64,000 bases of DNA from Clostridiales bacterium (GCA_918290775.1 CAKJZF010000012.1:11226-75225), one strand, 5' to 3'. Positions 1 through 9,290 are shown, numbered from the stretch's first letter. Notes: generated by a model from the letters alone, not told the origin. Translations and numbers: made by a program.

Positions 1-31
1 GGACGAAAAGAGAAACCGAGGAAAAACGCCC

Positions 32-508
32 ATGGCAGAAAAGAAAAAAACGCAAAAAATCATCGCGCAGAACAAGAAAGCGTGGCATGATTATTTTGTT
101 GATGAAACATATGAAGCGGGCGTTGCGCTGACGGGAACCGAGATCAAGAGCGTTCGCGCAGGTGCGGTCAACCTGAAAGATTCCTATTGCTCATTTGAGG
201 GCGGAGAGATGTTTGCGGTCGGCGTTCACATCAGTCCGTATAAACAGGGAAACCGCTTCAACCATGAGCCGATGCGCGAAAAAAAACTGCTGATGCATCG
301 CAAGGAAATTTTGAAATTGCAGGGGCGCGTTCAGCAAAAAGGGTTCTCCGTGATCCCGCTGTCGCTGTATTTTGCGGGAAGCTATGTCAAAATGGAGATC
401 GGTCTGTGTCGAGGCAAGAAACTCTATGACAAGCGGGAGTCGGACGCGGAGCGACAGGCGGATCGAACGATGGAACGGCATCTGAAGGATCGGAATTTTG
501 AAGGATAA
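32..508 (+). CDS. smpB: SsrA-binding protein SmpB
   Basis: 158-aa ORF with ATG at 32. Sequence (IAQNKKAWHDY, GTEIKS, basic C-terminal tail) and size match SmpB. The tmRNA gene follows directly. Confidence 0.95.
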   Translation: MAEKKKTQKIIAQNKKAWHDYFVDETYEAGVALTGTEIKSVRAGAVNLKDSYCSFEGGEMFAVGVHISPYKQGNRFNHEPMREKKLLMHRKEILKLQGRVQQKGFSVIPLSLYFAGSYVKMEIGLCRGKKLYDKRESDAERQADRTMERHLKDRNFEG

Positions 509-562
509 ACGGAAAACCGTCAAATGGTTTGAAAAAAAGCGCCTTTTTGACAGAAAAAAGGC

Positions 563-591
563 TTGACAACGCACCGTAAAGATGATATGAT
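563..591 (+). promoter_or_regulatory. sigma-A type promoter of ssrA (TTGACA-17-TATGAT)
   Basis: TTGACA at 563-568, TATGAT at 586-591, 17-bp spacer, about 20 nt upstream of the tmRNA 5' end. Confidence 0.6.
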
Positions 592-612
592 ATGATTACA
601 TCGTTCCTTTAT

Positions 613-1001
613 GGGGGTGCAATGGTTTCGACGGGGATTCTGACACATGATAAGCGTGGCGAGCCGGGTAAACTCGATAACTGCCCAACTAAAAAATAAA
701 CGACAACAACACTGTTGCTCTGGCTGCCTGATTTTACGCCGTTGGCGTAAAATCGACAGTGCCGTGACCTAAGGGTCACCCGTTCCTCCGAGGAGTACCA
801 CGACCTCGGGCGGAGCGTCAAATGAGTGGTGAACCTGCATCGGCGGTTCGCTCTTGAACCGATCAGGCAAAAAAGGGCTACTTGACGAGGGAGCGTGTCT
901 GTTCGCGCCTTCAACGGGGAATTTCAAATAACAGACTGTCCACGAAGAAGGTCATGCCGAGGGGTTTTCGGACATGGGTTCGATTCCCATCATCTCCACC
1001 A
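613..1001 (+). ncRNA. ssrA: transfer-messenger RNA (tmRNA, SsrA)
   Basis: 5' GGGGGTGCAATGGTTTCGACGGGG and 3' GGGTTCGATTCCCATCATCTCCACCA are the tRNA-like ends. Internal tag frame AAC GAC AAC AAC ACT GTT GCT CTG GCT GCC TGA (699-731) encodes ...NDNNTVALAA stop. Lies directly after smpB. Exact 5' end is uncertain by 1 nt. Confidence 0.93.
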
Positions 1002-1010
1002 TGAAAGAGA

Positions 1011-1044
1011 CCTCTTTTGTCTACTTGACAAAAGGGGTTTTCTT
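1011..1044 (+). terminator. intrinsic terminator after ssrA
   Basis: CCTCTTTTGT / ACAAAAGGGG 10-bp stem (one G-U pair), 7-nt loop, followed by TTTTCTT. Confidence 0.75.
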
Positions 1045-1125
1045 CATTATAGAGATAAAAATTCACACTTTTCGTGTATAATAAGAGAAGAGATCGACAA
1101 ATCGGGATTTACAGAGGTGATCATA

Positions 1126-1437
1126 GTGAATGAATTTAATGAATATGTTCGTGAGGTTTTTTCCGCAGCGGGTGATATTGTCATAAAAGCCATGATGGGC
1201 GGATATCTTGTATACCTCAATGGTAAACTGATAGGTGACATTTGCGATAACGAACTGTTTTTGAAGAGAACGCCGACGTCGGACAGGTTGCTTGGAGATT
1301 CCGAGCTTCGGTATCCTTATGAAGGTTCAAAGACACTGATGCGTGTGTTTGACGGCTTTGATGATAAGGATCTAATTGTGGAGCTTCTGGACGGTATGTA
1401 TGCAGAGCTTCCGGAAAAAAACGTAAAAGCCAGATGA
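1126..1437 (+). CDS. TfoX N-terminal-domain family protein
   Basis: Only the last ~103 codons of ORF 895-1437 are plausible, because its 5' part overlaps ssrA. GTG at 1126 is preceded by AGAGG. AMMGGYLVYLNGKLIGDICDNELFLK resembles TfoX_N domain proteins. Confidence 0.6.
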   Translation: MNEFNEYVREVFSAAGDIVIKAMMGGYLVYLNGKLIGDICDNELFLKRTPTSDRLLGDSELRYPYEGSKTLMRVFDGFDDKDLIVELLDGMYAELPEKNVKAR

Positions 1438-1648
1438 GAAATACAAATTCTAGTTTGTAGAGGCAATAGATGTGTACCTTTTAGGTAGTTTTAGTTTGGA
1501 AACATACCTTTTTGATTTGTGGAGATGATGGGGGGATGAAGAACCCATTTCAGTGCGAAAATCCGCAACAGCAATTATTCTGAAATTAGGGACGCAGACG
1601 TGCGCGGATTATAGAATCTGCAATTAAGGAATCTTTTGGAGGCTGTAT

Positions 1649-2014
1649 ATGACGTTGAATGAGCGGCGCGAGCAAGTTCGATCTTTTCTCGGCAAGATTG
1701 TTGAGATTGAGATTGACCGCCCGATCGGATATGTGCACGAGAAGAACGGAAACCGATGGCAATACCCGATCAATTACGGTTATATTCCGAATGTGATCGG
1801 CGGGGACGGGGAGGAACTGGACGTCTATTTACTGGGTGTCGGGGAACCGGTGACCCGGTTTCGCTGTCGTGTGATCGGTGCTGTTTTGCGCGATGATGAC
1901 GATGAGGATAAACTCATCGCGGCGCCGGATGGGATGTTCTTCACCGCCTCCGAAATAGAGCAGTCCGTTCGTTTCCAAGAGCAATATCATGTGTCCCACA
2001 TCGTGACAATCTAA
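1649..2014 (+). CDS. inorganic pyrophosphatase-like protein (short form)
   Basis: 121 aa. YPINYGYIPNVIGGDGEELDVYLLG matches the YPxNYGxIP...DGDxxDV core of family I pyrophosphatases. GGAGG RBS upstream. Confidence 0.7.
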   Translation: MTLNERREQVRSFLGKIVEIEIDRPIGYVHEKNGNRWQYPINYGYIPNVIGGDGEELDVYLLGVGEPVTRFRCRVIGAVLRDDDDEDKLIAAPDGMFFTASEIEQSVRFQEQYHVSHIVTI

Positions 2015-2016
2015 AG

Positions 2017-2054
2017 GAAATTCCCCGAAAACACGGTACTTTTCGGGGAATTTT
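2017..2054. terminator. bidirectional intrinsic terminator between convergent genes
   Basis: GAAATTCCCCGAAAA / TTTTCGGGGAATTT stem of about 14 bp with 8-nt loop CACGGTAC. A T-rich tract follows on the + strand. Confidence 0.7.
2034..2043 (+). repeat. copy 1 of over-represented 10-mer CGGTACTTTT (extended form AAAACACGGTACTTTTC, 2028-2044)
   Basis: Read directly: cgAAAACACGGTACTTTTCgggg. Forms the loop and right arm of the terminator hairpin, 14 nt after the stop of the + strand gene. Confidence 0.85.
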
Positions 2055-2070
2055 CTTATTTGCTTCTTTT

Positions 2071-2787
2071 TCAGCGCATTTCTTCGATGTGGTAGATGTA
2101 ATCCAGTGTGCGAAGCGCCTCAATTATTTCGGCGTGCGTTTTGTATTTCTTCAGCTCTTCGCTGCTGATGGAAATGGAGATGGAGTAAACGCTCAAACCG
2201 GAGTTATGATAGGCAGGGTTGGATTCAATGTCGTCGATCCGAAGCCCCAGCTCGCGGATGGTGGAAACAAAATTCGGCAGGTGCGCGGCATTTTTCAGTT
2301 CCAGATGAACCTCGAAATGGTTGGAACGATTCTTGAGAAACCGCTCAAACTTCGGAAAGAAGGAGAGCGATACCAACAGCGCGGCGAACAGGATGATGGT
2401 GACGGTGTAAAGCCCGGCGCCGATTGCAGACCCCAAAACAGCGCACGCCCAAAGCCCGACCGAGGTGGTTAATCCTTTGATCTGATTGCGTGAGCTGTAA
2501 AGAATGGAATTGACCGTGATGATCGAGATACCGACCAGCGTTGCCGCTGATAACAGGGGAATGGTAACCGCTGTCCCGTTCATCAAATAGAGGTCGATCA
2601 TCATCGACGCGGTGGAGGCAAGCGAAACCACAATAAAGGTTCGCAAACCGGCGGCGTGACGTTTGCTGGAGCGTTCACAGCCGAGAATGGCGGAAAGAAC
2701 CAGCGAGAGAAGGATTCGGAAGATAATGCGACCGGCAGGGCTGATCCAGCCGCTTTCCATCAGTTGAGTTGCAATGGGGTCAATCAT
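2071..2787 (-). CDS. MgtC/SapB family membrane protein
   Basis: 238 aa. Hydrophobic N-terminal half with GCERSSKRHAAGLRT, typical of the MgtC family, plus a soluble C-terminal domain. Confidence 0.85.
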   Translation of the reverse strand: MIDPIATQLMESGWISPAGRIIFRILLSLVLSAILGCERSSKRHAAGLRTFIVVSLASTASMMIDLYLMNGTAVTIPLLSAATLVGISIITVNSILYSSRNQIKGLTTSVGLWACAVLGSAIGAGLYTVTIILFAALLVSLSFFPKFERFLKNRSNHFEVHLELKNAAHLPNFVSTIRELGLRIDDIESNPAYHNSGLSVYSISISISSEELKKYKTHAEIIEALRTLDYIYHIEEMR

Positions 2788-2817
2788 AGTTTTTGATTCC
2801 TTTCATCATGTAGTGAT

Positions 2818-4290
2818 TCAGCGTCGCTTGCGCCGATGCTGTTGACTGTGGATCATGGCTTCCAAATGTTCTTCCGCCGCTTCGGTAAAGGCTTTTTCGT
2901 TTTCGGCGGTTATGGTTGGCGGAGGGAGTGTTTGCTGAATGGCGTGGATCCGTTCAATCAAAAGCTCCACAGGGGCTTTTTGCGTCCCATCCGGCGTCTT
3001 TTCCTCCACTTGAACGAGATCTTCCAGTTTATCGGAATAAGAACCTGAAAGGTAAAGCGCGGCTTTCGCCGTGGAAGGACCGATCAATTCATGGAGGACG
3101 CTTGCCGCGAGAACGATTGCCAGCAGAGCATCCGCCATCATTTTTCCGCTTTCATTCGGAATCGACTCAAATGATCGTGCGCCGAGCGTTGCAAGTCCGA
3201 TGGCAACACTGGATTGCGGGATCAGCGCAAGACCGAGATAGTTTCGCACCTTCGGACTGCGTCGCGACGCGAGCGATCCGAGAAACGCGCCGATATACTT
3301 GCCGAAAACGCGGAATACCAAATAGAGAATTCCAATCACGACGATGGGCATTGCGCCGAAAGCGTCCACACGACCGAAAAGGATTTTCATATTCAGGCTT
3401 GCGCCGGAGCGGACAAAATAGAGCAGGAGAAGCGGGGGACTGAAATAGTTCAGTTGCTTAAAGAGCTTATCGTCATCGGTGATGTTGACGTAAACGGTTC
3501 CCATCGCCATGCAGCCCAACAGCGGAGAAACATTGATGATGGTGCAGATGCTGCAGAACGCAAAGAGGAGACCGACAGAAATGATAAGTCTGTTATCAGT
3601 GGAGCGTTTTTTCGGCATCATGGATTTCATCAGAACGCCGAACAGGCAACCGACTGCCATCACCGCCAAATTGATCAGAATCGGTTTTGCAATGTCCCAG
3701 GCGTTGAAACTGTTTGTACCGGTTACAACCGACATGGCAACCGAGATGGCAATGCCGTAGGCAAAGAGACTGAAGATGTTATCGAGCGCAACCACCTGCA
3801 AAAGATTGGTCACAAACTCGCCTTTTGCCCCGGTTTGACGGATGGTCATCATGGTGGATGTCAGGGAAGAAACCGATGCAAGCGACGCCAAAACGATGGA
3901 AAACGCGAAATTGAGATGCAGGATCGCCCTTGCCAAAATGAACACCAAGACCGATGCGAGGCTTGCTTCCATGAGCATGATGACGACCGTTTTCGCGCCG
4001 CTCTGCTTGAGAACGGAGAAACGGAAAAATTCGCCGGTACTGAACGCAATAAACGCCAGCGCAATGTCCGGGATAAACCCCATGCCGCCGATCACGGCTT
4101 CCGGGACAAGGTTTAGCACAAAAGGACCGATCAAAATTCCGGCAATGATATAGGCGGAGACATTCGGCAGACGAAGCAGTTTGCCGATTCGCGTCATCAG
4201 AAAGCCGGCGAAAACCATGATCGCGATGGTGATGATCGTGGAGCTGATTGTAGGCAGCCCGAATAGCTTTTCTTGGAGAACGGACAACAT
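2818..4290 (-). CDS. cation:proton antiporter (CPA/Kef-NhaP-like)
   Basis: 490 aa with about 12 hydrophobic segments, Na+/H+ exchanger-type sequence and a hydrophilic C-terminal tail. Confidence 0.8.
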   Translation of the reverse strand: MLSVLQEKLFGLPTISSTIITIAIMVFAGFLMTRIGKLLRLPNVSAYIIAGILIGPFVLNLVPEAVIGGMGFIPDIALAFIAFSTGEFFRFSVLKQSGAKTVVIMLMEASLASVLVFILARAILHLNFAFSIVLASLASVSSLTSTMMTIRQTGAKGEFVTNLLQVVALDNIFSLFAYGIAISVAMSVVTGTNSFNAWDIAKPILINLAVMAVGCLFGVLMKSMMPKKRSTDNRLIISVGLLFAFCSICTIINVSPLLGCMAMGTVYVNITDDDKLFKQLNYFSPPLLLLYFVRSGASLNMKILFGRVDAFGAMPIVVIGILYLVFRVFGKYIGAFLGSLASRRSPKVRNYLGLALIPQSSVAIGLATLGARSFESIPNESGKMMADALLAIVLAASVLHELIGPSTAKAALYLSGSYSDKLEDLVQVEEKTPDGTQKAPVELLIERIHAIQQTLPPPTITAENEKAFTEAAEEHLEAMIHSQQHRRKRR

Positions 4291-4427
4291 GGCAACTGAA
4301 AAATTCCTTTCAAAAAAATCGAAAAAGGACTTGAAAATACGTCTTATATATGATATACTATTTAAACAATAAAGTCAAGTTATAATATTTTTGGTATCTA
4401 TAAATAATCTTTATCGAGGTAATGATC

Positions 4428-5327
4428 ATGCTGGATGTGAAAATGGAAACGCTTCTTGCCGTTGCAGAAGAGAAAAGCTTTACCAAGGCGGCGGAGCGCC
4501 TTTCGCTCACGCAACCCGCCGTTAGCCATCATATCCGCTCCTTGGAGGAGGAATTGGGGGTAAAGCTGGTGATACGGGGGCAGCATGAAATCAAATTGAC
4601 GCCGCAGGGCGAGATTGCCCTGCATTATGCTCGTCGCTTTCAGGCGATGTATACCAAGATGTGCCTGCGGTTGACCGATGCCGCCAAGCATATTACGAAC
4701 CTGCGCATCGGCATTACGCACACCGCAGAGAACAACCTGATCACCGAGGTTCTGGCAAAATACAGCAACGCGGAAAAGGGAACCACCATAACAATCATTA
4801 CTGATACGATCAAAAATCTTTATGATAAACTGGAGAATTATGAGCTTGACCTTGCGATTGTGGAGGGGAAACCGTCGGGAAACGATCTCTTTTCTCTGAT
4901 GCTGGATACAGACTACTTGGTTTGTGTGGTCTCCAACAATCATCCGTTGGCAAAGCAATCGATGGTCACATTAAACGAGCTGAAAAAAGAGCGCATGATC
5001 ATGCGGCTTCCAACGTCCGCAACGCGTGTGCAGTTTGAGGCGACGCTCGAGAGCATCAATGACTCCATCGACCATTACAATGTCATTCTCGAGGTGGATA
5101 ACATCGCAACCATCAAAGACCTGATCCGAAAGGACCTCGGCGTTTCCATTCTCGCAAAGAGCGCTTGCATGGATGAGCTTCGAAAAGGCAAAATCACGGC
5201 GCTTCCAATCGAAAATTTGAGCATGATCCGCGAAACAAACATCGTCTATCACAAGGATTTTGCGGATATCGACATTCTCAAGGACATTTCAAAGCTCTAT
5301 CAGGAATCCAAAAAACATTATAATTGA
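4428..5327 (+). CDS. LysR family transcriptional regulator
   Basis: N-terminal wHTH EEKSFTKAAERLSLTQPAVSHHIRSLEEELG. ATG 4428 is better spaced from GAGG than ATG 4422. Divergent from the antiporter gene, which is the classic LysR arrangement. Confidence 0.9.
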   Translation: MLDVKMETLLAVAEEKSFTKAAERLSLTQPAVSHHIRSLEEELGVKLVIRGQHEIKLTPQGEIALHYARRFQAMYTKMCLRLTDAAKHITNLRIGITHTAENNLITEVLAKYSNAEKGTTITIITDTIKNLYDKLENYELDLAIVEGKPSGNDLFSLMLDTDYLVCVVSNNHPLAKQSMVTLNELKKERMIMRLPTSATRVQFEATLESINDSIDHYNVILEVDNIATIKDLIRKDLGVSILAKSACMDELRKGKITALPIENLSMIRETNIVYHKDFADIDILKDISKLYQESKKHYN

Positions 5328-5331
5328 GCAG

Positions 5332-5361
5332 AGAACCCGTCGGCATCAACCGACGGGTTCT
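5332..5361. terminator. GC-rich hairpin shared by the convergent LysR-type gene and mnmA
   Basis: AGAACCCGTCGG / CCGACGGGTTCT 12-bp stem, 6-nt loop, no clear U-tract. Overlaps the last codons of mnmA. Confidence 0.5.
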
Positions 5362-6434
5362 GTTGATTGGATGATCCCTCCGCCGTAGACGATGTCTCCG
5401 TCGTACAGGACAACCGATTGTCCTTTTGTGATCGCTCGCTGCGGTTCGTCAAATACCACGCAAAGGGTGTCCTTGTTCGGTTGGGAAACGGTTGCCCATT
5501 GCTCCTGTTGGCGGTATCGCACCTTTGCCTTGAGCCGAATTTTCCCCTCAATCTGCGGTACGGCGATGAGATTGATCTCTTTTGCGGTCAATTCGCGCGA
5601 AAACAGTGCGTTGGTTTTCCCGAGAACGACTTGGTTATTCTCCATGTCCAGCCGGCAGACGTAGAGAGGCTCAGGCAGGGCAAGTCCCAACCCACGCCGC
5701 TGACCGACGGTGTAGCGGATGATGCCGCGATGTTTGCCGATCTTTTTCCCGTCCTCGGTCAGAAAATCGCCTTCCGGGTAAGTTTTTCCGGTGTAGCGTT
5801 CAACAAAGCTTGCGTAGTCGCCGTCCGGAACAAAGCAGATGTCCTGGCTGTCATGCTTGTGGGCGTTGATCAGACCGTTTTGTTCGGCAATCGCTCTGGT
5901 TTCCTCTTTGGTGAGGTTCTCAAGCGGGAAAACAGTGTTGGCAAGCTGTTCTTGAGTCATTGACCAAAGAACGTAGCTTTGGTCTTTGGTCGGGTCGGCG
6001 GCTTTACGAAGCAAAAACCGACCGCTTTGCGGATCCAAGGTGATGCCGGCATAATGCCCGGTGACAATACGGTCACAACCGAGTTCCTGTGCCCGACGGA
6101 AGAGCGCGTCAAATTTGAGAAACCGGTTGCAGTCAATGCAGGGATTGGGAGTTTTGCCGGCTTCATAGGCTTGAATGAAGCGGCGGATGACGCACTCCTC
6201 AAACCGATCCGAAAAATTGAACACATAGTAGGGAATTCCCAACCGCATGGCAACGCTTCGTGCGTCCTCGACGTCGTCAAGTGAACAACAAGAATGTTCT
6301 TTTTTTAAGCCGATCTCCTCGTTTCCGAAGAGTTTCATGGTCACGCCGACGCAATCATATCCGCGTTCTTTCATCAGAAGTGCGGCAACGCTGGAGTCAA
6401 CACCGCCGCTCATCGCGATCAAAACCTTTTCCAA
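5346..6434 (-). CDS. mnmA: tRNA 2-thiouridine(34) synthase MnmA
   Basis: 362 aa. PP-loop SGGVDSS near the N-terminus and full-length MnmA-like sequence. TTG start 7 nt after AAAGGAGG. Confidence 0.95.
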   Translation of the reverse strand: MEKVLIAMSGGVDSSVAALLMKERGYDCVGVTMKLFGNEEIGLKKEHSCCSLDDVEDARSVAMRLGIPYYVFNFSDRFEECVIRRFIQAYEAGKTPNPCIDCNRFLKFDALFRRAQELGCDRIVTGHYAGITLDPQSGRFLLRKAADPTKDQSYVLWSMTQEQLANTVFPLENLTKEETRAIAEQNGLINAHKHDSQDICFVPDGDYASFVERYTGKTYPEGDFLTEDGKKIGKHRGIIRYTVGQRRGLGLALPEPLYVCRLDMENNQVVLGKTNALFSRELTAKEINLIAVPQIEGKIRLKAKVRYRQQEQWATVSQPNKDTLCVVFDEPQRAITKGQSVVLYDGDIVYGGGIIQSTEPVG

Positions 6435-6475
6435 TCCGCTGCCTCCTTTGCCTGATCTTTGTTGTATGCAGAAAT

Positions 6476-6504
6476 ATTATACCTGCTTTTCAAGGTTTTG
6501 TCAA
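6476..6504 (-). promoter_or_regulatory. sigma-A promoter of mnmA (TTGACA-17-TATAAT)
   Basis: On the minus strand, TTGACA (6499-6504) and TATAAT (6476-6481) with an exact 17-bp spacer. Confidence 0.65.
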
Positions 6505-6548
6505 GAGGGAAAAGAAACGGCAAATTTTTGCTTTTAACTTGTATTTTA

Positions 6549-6558
6549 CGGTACTTTT
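6549..6558 (+). repeat. copy 2 of 10-mer CGGTACTTTT (form TTTTACGGTACTTTT)
   Basis: Read directly: gtaTTTTACGGTACTTTTcgc, in the divergent mnmA/pdaA intergenic region, about 45 bp upstream of the mnmA -35. Confidence 0.85.
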
Positions 6559-6653
6559 CGCAAAAAACAGACAATTTTGCATCTTTTGATCTGTTTTTTT
6601 ACGTCAAAAAAGAAAATAATATAAGCGAATCGAAACAAGAAAGGAGACGTGTT

Positions 6654-7460
6654 ATGAAACAAAACCGTCAACCGATTCGTTTTATCGGCGCTTTTTTTCT
6701 TTCCTTGATTTGTTTGATATCCGTACCGTTTTCCGCTTGCGCAAAGGGCGCGGACTCCTTCAGCTGGTATTGCGTTCATGCCAAGGATCATCAGCGTCCG
6801 CAAAGTGATCCTCAATTTTCCTTTGTGGAGTCGCTCGGCGGCTTCTATCTGGATCCAAACAAGACAGAAGAGGACGAGGATCATGTTGTTTATCTGACCT
6901 TTGACGCGGGCTATGAAAACGGAAATATTGCAAAGGTTTTGGACGTTTTGCAGGCGGAAAATGTGCCCGGGGCGTTTTTCATTCTGGAAAACCTGATGGA
7001 AAAGAATCCAGAGATTGTCCAGCGGATGGTTCAGGAAGGGCATATTGTTGCCAACCATACCGCGCATCATCGAAATATGAGCAATGCCGACGATGAAACG
7101 CTTCTGAAGGAGCTTCATCTGTTGGAGGAGCAATTCCGGAATTTGACCGGCAAAGAGATGCCCTGCTACTACCGACCACCGGAAGGACGTTTCAGCCGTT
7201 CCAATTTGGAATGTCTGCACAAAAACGGGTATCGAACCATCTTTTGGAGTTTTGCTTACCCGGATTGGGATAACAACCGCCAAATGTCGTCGGAGAAGGC
7301 GAAGCAGATTATTCTCGATAATGTCCACAATGGAGAAGTGATGCTTCTGCATCCGACGTCGGCAACAAATGCTGCCATTCTTGGCGATGTGATTGGTGAA
7401 CTGAAGTCGCAGGGCTATCGCTTTGGAACACTCGATGAGCTGACTTCCGCAAACGCATGA
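6654..7460 (+). CDS. pdaA: PdaA-like polysaccharide deacetylase (delta-lactam-biosynthetic de-N-acetylase type)
   Basis: Signal peptide followed by a NodB domain. VYLTFDAGYENGN...GHIVANHTAHH resembles B. subtilis PdaA. ATG 6654 is preceded by AAAGGAG. The upstream extension to 6459 is unsupported. Confidence 0.8.
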   Translation: MKQNRQPIRFIGAFFLSLICLISVPFSACAKGADSFSWYCVHAKDHQRPQSDPQFSFVESLGGFYLDPNKTEEDEDHVVYLTFDAGYENGNIAKVLDVLQAENVPGAFFILENLMEKNPEIVQRMVQEGHIVANHTAHHRNMSNADDETLLKELHLLEEQFRNLTGKEMPCYYRPPEGRFSRSNLECLHKNGYRTIFWSFAYPDWDNNRQMSSEKAKQIILDNVHNGEVMLLHPTSATNAAILGDVIGELKSQGYRFGTLDELTSANA

Positions 7461-8146
7461 ACCAACGATTTTTACGGTATTTTACGGTATTTTTAGCTGT
7501 TTTGCTATTCTGTTCAGCCTTTCTCTCGCTTCCTGCCGCGGCGTTAGGCTATCGTTGGGTTCCAACCGAAACAAGCCGGATTGCACTGACGTTTGACGAC
7601 GGACCGCACCCGCGCCTGACATCCCGGATCCTCGACATTTTGGATCGTTATGGGGTTCGTGCAACATTCTTTATGATCGGGCAGAATGTTGAGTATTATT
7701 CCGACGCGGCGCGGGAGGTTGTCGCTCGCGGCCATGAGATTGGGAACCACACCGCCAATCACCGTGCCCTTCACGGACTCAGTGAAGGGCAAATGAAAGA
7801 GGAACTGAACAATTGCGCCGAAAAAATTGAAGAGATTTGCGGATGCCGTTCGCGGTTGTTCCGACCGCCCGAGGGCGTTGTTGATAAAACGGTTTTTCGC
7901 ATTGCATCTGAAGGGAATTATGAAGTAATCCTTTGGAGCATCGACACGCGTGATTGGGAGATCAAGGATGAAAAGGCGATTGTCAACCGCGTGATCAGCG
8001 CGGTGAAACCGGGCGACATTATTCTGATGCACGATTTTATCGGCAGAAACAGCAAAACGCCGGAAGCTTTGGAAATTCTGCTTCCAAAGCTTCTGGCGTT
8101 GGGATATGAGCCGGTTACGGTCAGCGAATTATTGGGGATCGGTTGA
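7457..8146 (+). CDS. polysaccharide deacetylase family protein (NodB domain)
   Basis: 229 aa. Signal/TM segment, then ALTFDDGPHP and GHEIGNHTANH NodB motifs. Start overlaps the pdaA stop by 4 nt. Confidence 0.85.
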   Translation: MNQRFLRYFTVFLAVLLFCSAFLSLPAAALGYRWVPTETSRIALTFDDGPHPRLTSRILDILDRYGVRATFFMIGQNVEYYSDAAREVVARGHEIGNHTANHRALHGLSEGQMKEELNNCAEKIEEICGCRSRLFRPPEGVVDKTVFRIASEGNYEVILWSIDTRDWEIKDEKAIVNRVISAVKPGDIILMHDFIGRNSKTPEALEILLPKLLALGYEPVTVSELLGIG

Positions 8147-9157
8147 GGACGTTTCGCCCGCGTCTGCTTCTGATCCCTTTTCGTTGTCCTTTTCCGTGGT
8201 TGAATCGTCGTCATCCTCGCTATCTGCTCGGTGATAGGGGGCAATCATATAGCGGTCGATGACAGGATATGCGGCATAGACGGTGATGAAGCCAGAAACC
8301 GCTGGGAAATGGAGAATCGGAAGGATCAATCCGAATCCCAGCCGTCCGCCGAAGGGCGCGACCATCAGAACAAATCCGGCATTGATGATGGTGAGCAGAA
8401 TCAAGCCGAGCGTTCCCATCAAGTTGCGTTTGATACCGAGTGTGGTAAAGATGAGAGCGTTTTTCAGGATCTTGCGGATCGAGAGATGGAATGTGATTTG
8501 CAGAAGATAGAGATAGAACCGCATAAAGAAATAGAGAATTGCGAGTGCGCAGGCGGCAAAGAACATCACGTCGTTTCCAAAGGAGCCGGTTCGGAAGTAG
8601 AAATAGAGAATGTCAAACCCAAGAAGAAAGAGAACGATAAAGTCGATCAGACCGAGGAAGAATCCTTGCTTCCAATTGCGTTTGATTGCATAGAAATAAT
8701 CGGGACCGAGAAAGACCGCGTCGCCGCGCACCATTCCTCGCAATAGATAGGTGGATCCGATATTCTGCCAACCAAATGTCAGCGCAAGGAAAGCCGCGCA
8801 GATTCCGATGGCGACGTAAGTGCCGGTTGCGTTATAACTCGGAACGAGGAATTGCGTTCCGAACAGATCCAGCAGAAAGGTGCTTTTCGGGGTGGATTCG
8901 ATCAGGTTTGCGCCGTAAAGCGGGGCAAAAAGTGCCGTTTGCTGCGTCGGCGTGGTCTGAATTCCCATATAGACCAGCACCGCGATCAGAATCGGCAGGA
9001 TCATGGGGAGCATCATCAGGTTGATCGAAAGCAATCGCCAGAATTTTCTGCCGAGTAAGCGGAAGAAATGGCGCAGGTTGGGCGTTGTGTCCTCCCATTT
9101 TGCGTCCGGTCGATCCTTACTTCCGTTGAAAAAATTATATAACAGATGTTTTCTCAA
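8129..9157 (-). CDS. polytopic membrane protein with YesL/DUF624-like N-terminus and acidic tail
   Basis: 342 aa with TTG start after AAAGGA. Multiple hydrophobic segments and a D/E/S-rich C-terminus. Family call is from memory of YesL-type N-termini only. Confidence 0.5.
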   Translation of the reverse strand: MRKHLLYNFFNGSKDRPDAKWEDTTPNLRHFFRLLGRKFWRLLSINLMMLPMILPILIAVLVYMGIQTTPTQQTALFAPLYGANLIESTPKSTFLLDLFGTQFLVPSYNATGTYVAIGICAAFLALTFGWQNIGSTYLLRGMVRGDAVFLGPDYFYAIKRNWKQGFFLGLIDFIVLFLLGFDILYFYFRTGSFGNDVMFFAACALAILYFFMRFYLYLLQITFHLSIRKILKNALIFTTLGIKRNLMGTLGLILLTIINAGFVLMVAPFGGRLGFGLILPILHFPAVSGFITVYAAYPVIDRYMIAPYHRADSEDDDDSTTEKDNEKGSEADAGETSSTDPQ

Positions 9158-9290
9158 AATGAGCGTCCTTTTCCTTTCCCATTTCGGTGAGACCGATTAC
9201 CTCTTTATTCTATCACATTCTGCCCGAAATGTCAACCGCCGCAAAAAATTTACAGTGCGGACAAAAACAGACATTCTCCACTAAAACCTA

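Noticed and set aside
895-1437. A 180-aa ORF starting inside the tmRNA gene.
   Set aside because: Its first ~35 codons overlap the ssrA 3' domain and its terminator. Only the C-terminal TfoX-like part (from GTG 1126, with an RBS) is credible.
613-2070. A tmRNA-linked genomic island.
   Set aside because: Only two small genes lie between ssrA and the next core-like genes. There is no integrase and no repeat of the ssrA 3' end. The lower-GC patch is kept as a low-interest finding, not as an island call.
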